A stretch of DNA of 6,653 nucleotides from Octopus sinensis. Its lineage: Eukaryota. Below, piece after piece: positions 6,502 to 6,653 of the stretch. The stretch's first letter is position 1. Every line of letters starts with the position of its first letter. Location: positions 1-6,653 of the forward strand of contig NW_021829274.1 in assembly GCF_006345805.1 (NCBI RefSeq), given 5' to 3'. The translations under genes and the position numbers were made by a program. The notes beneath the pieces were generated by a model, which ran no database searches, was not told the DNA's origin, and worked only from the letters and a program-made list of their open reading frames with translations.

Positions 6502-6653
6502 CAAGCACTGCTGTAAACAGCTGAAGTAAGTTAAAATGCTAAAACTTAGTGCACATAAATAACAGGGTCCACGGACAATCTGTGCCAAGTGGTTTAACTC
6601 TACATGCTTTAGTTTCGTTACTATGACAACAGTCTGGATACTTATTGATCATA

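Larger units (their letters stand above)
5823..6653. mobile_element. Non-autonomous mariner derivative made of two inverted 5' ends; the right terminus probably runs past the window edge
   Basis: 5823-6034 (+) is the inverted homologue of 6383-6643, for example CATAGTAAC, CTAAAGCA, AAACC.CTTGG.ACAGATTG, GTGCTTGG.AGGAA and CTGCTCAG.G.CC.ACGCAAAGTT. Both arms encode a mariner transposase N-terminus. Confidence 0.88.

Overview
AT-rich, microsatellite-dense eukaryotic DNA with no intact gene. I infer a cephalopod, probably Octopus, because I recall these SINE families; I have not searched for them. Almost all of the non-microsatellite sequence is decayed transposable element. In order: the 3' end of an RTE-clade LINE with a multi-C2H2-finger tail (281-1019, -); three pieces of tRNA-derived SINEs; a CR1/Jockey-group LINE fragment; two head-to-tail non-autonomous Helitrons (3673-4370, -) nested inside a split SINE; a Penelope-like ORF remnant; a second C2H2-bearing LINE-tail fragment (5471-5618, +); and a fold-back mariner derivative made of two inverted 5' ends (5823-6653). 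A short unique island (1381-1567) may hold a promoter and first coding exon on the minus strand. The supplied ORFs are mostly repeat artefacts or TE pseudo-ORFs. I see no convincing new biological system. The most interesting items are the three-finger LINE tail, the Helitron dimer, the mariner fold-back and the candidate exon.
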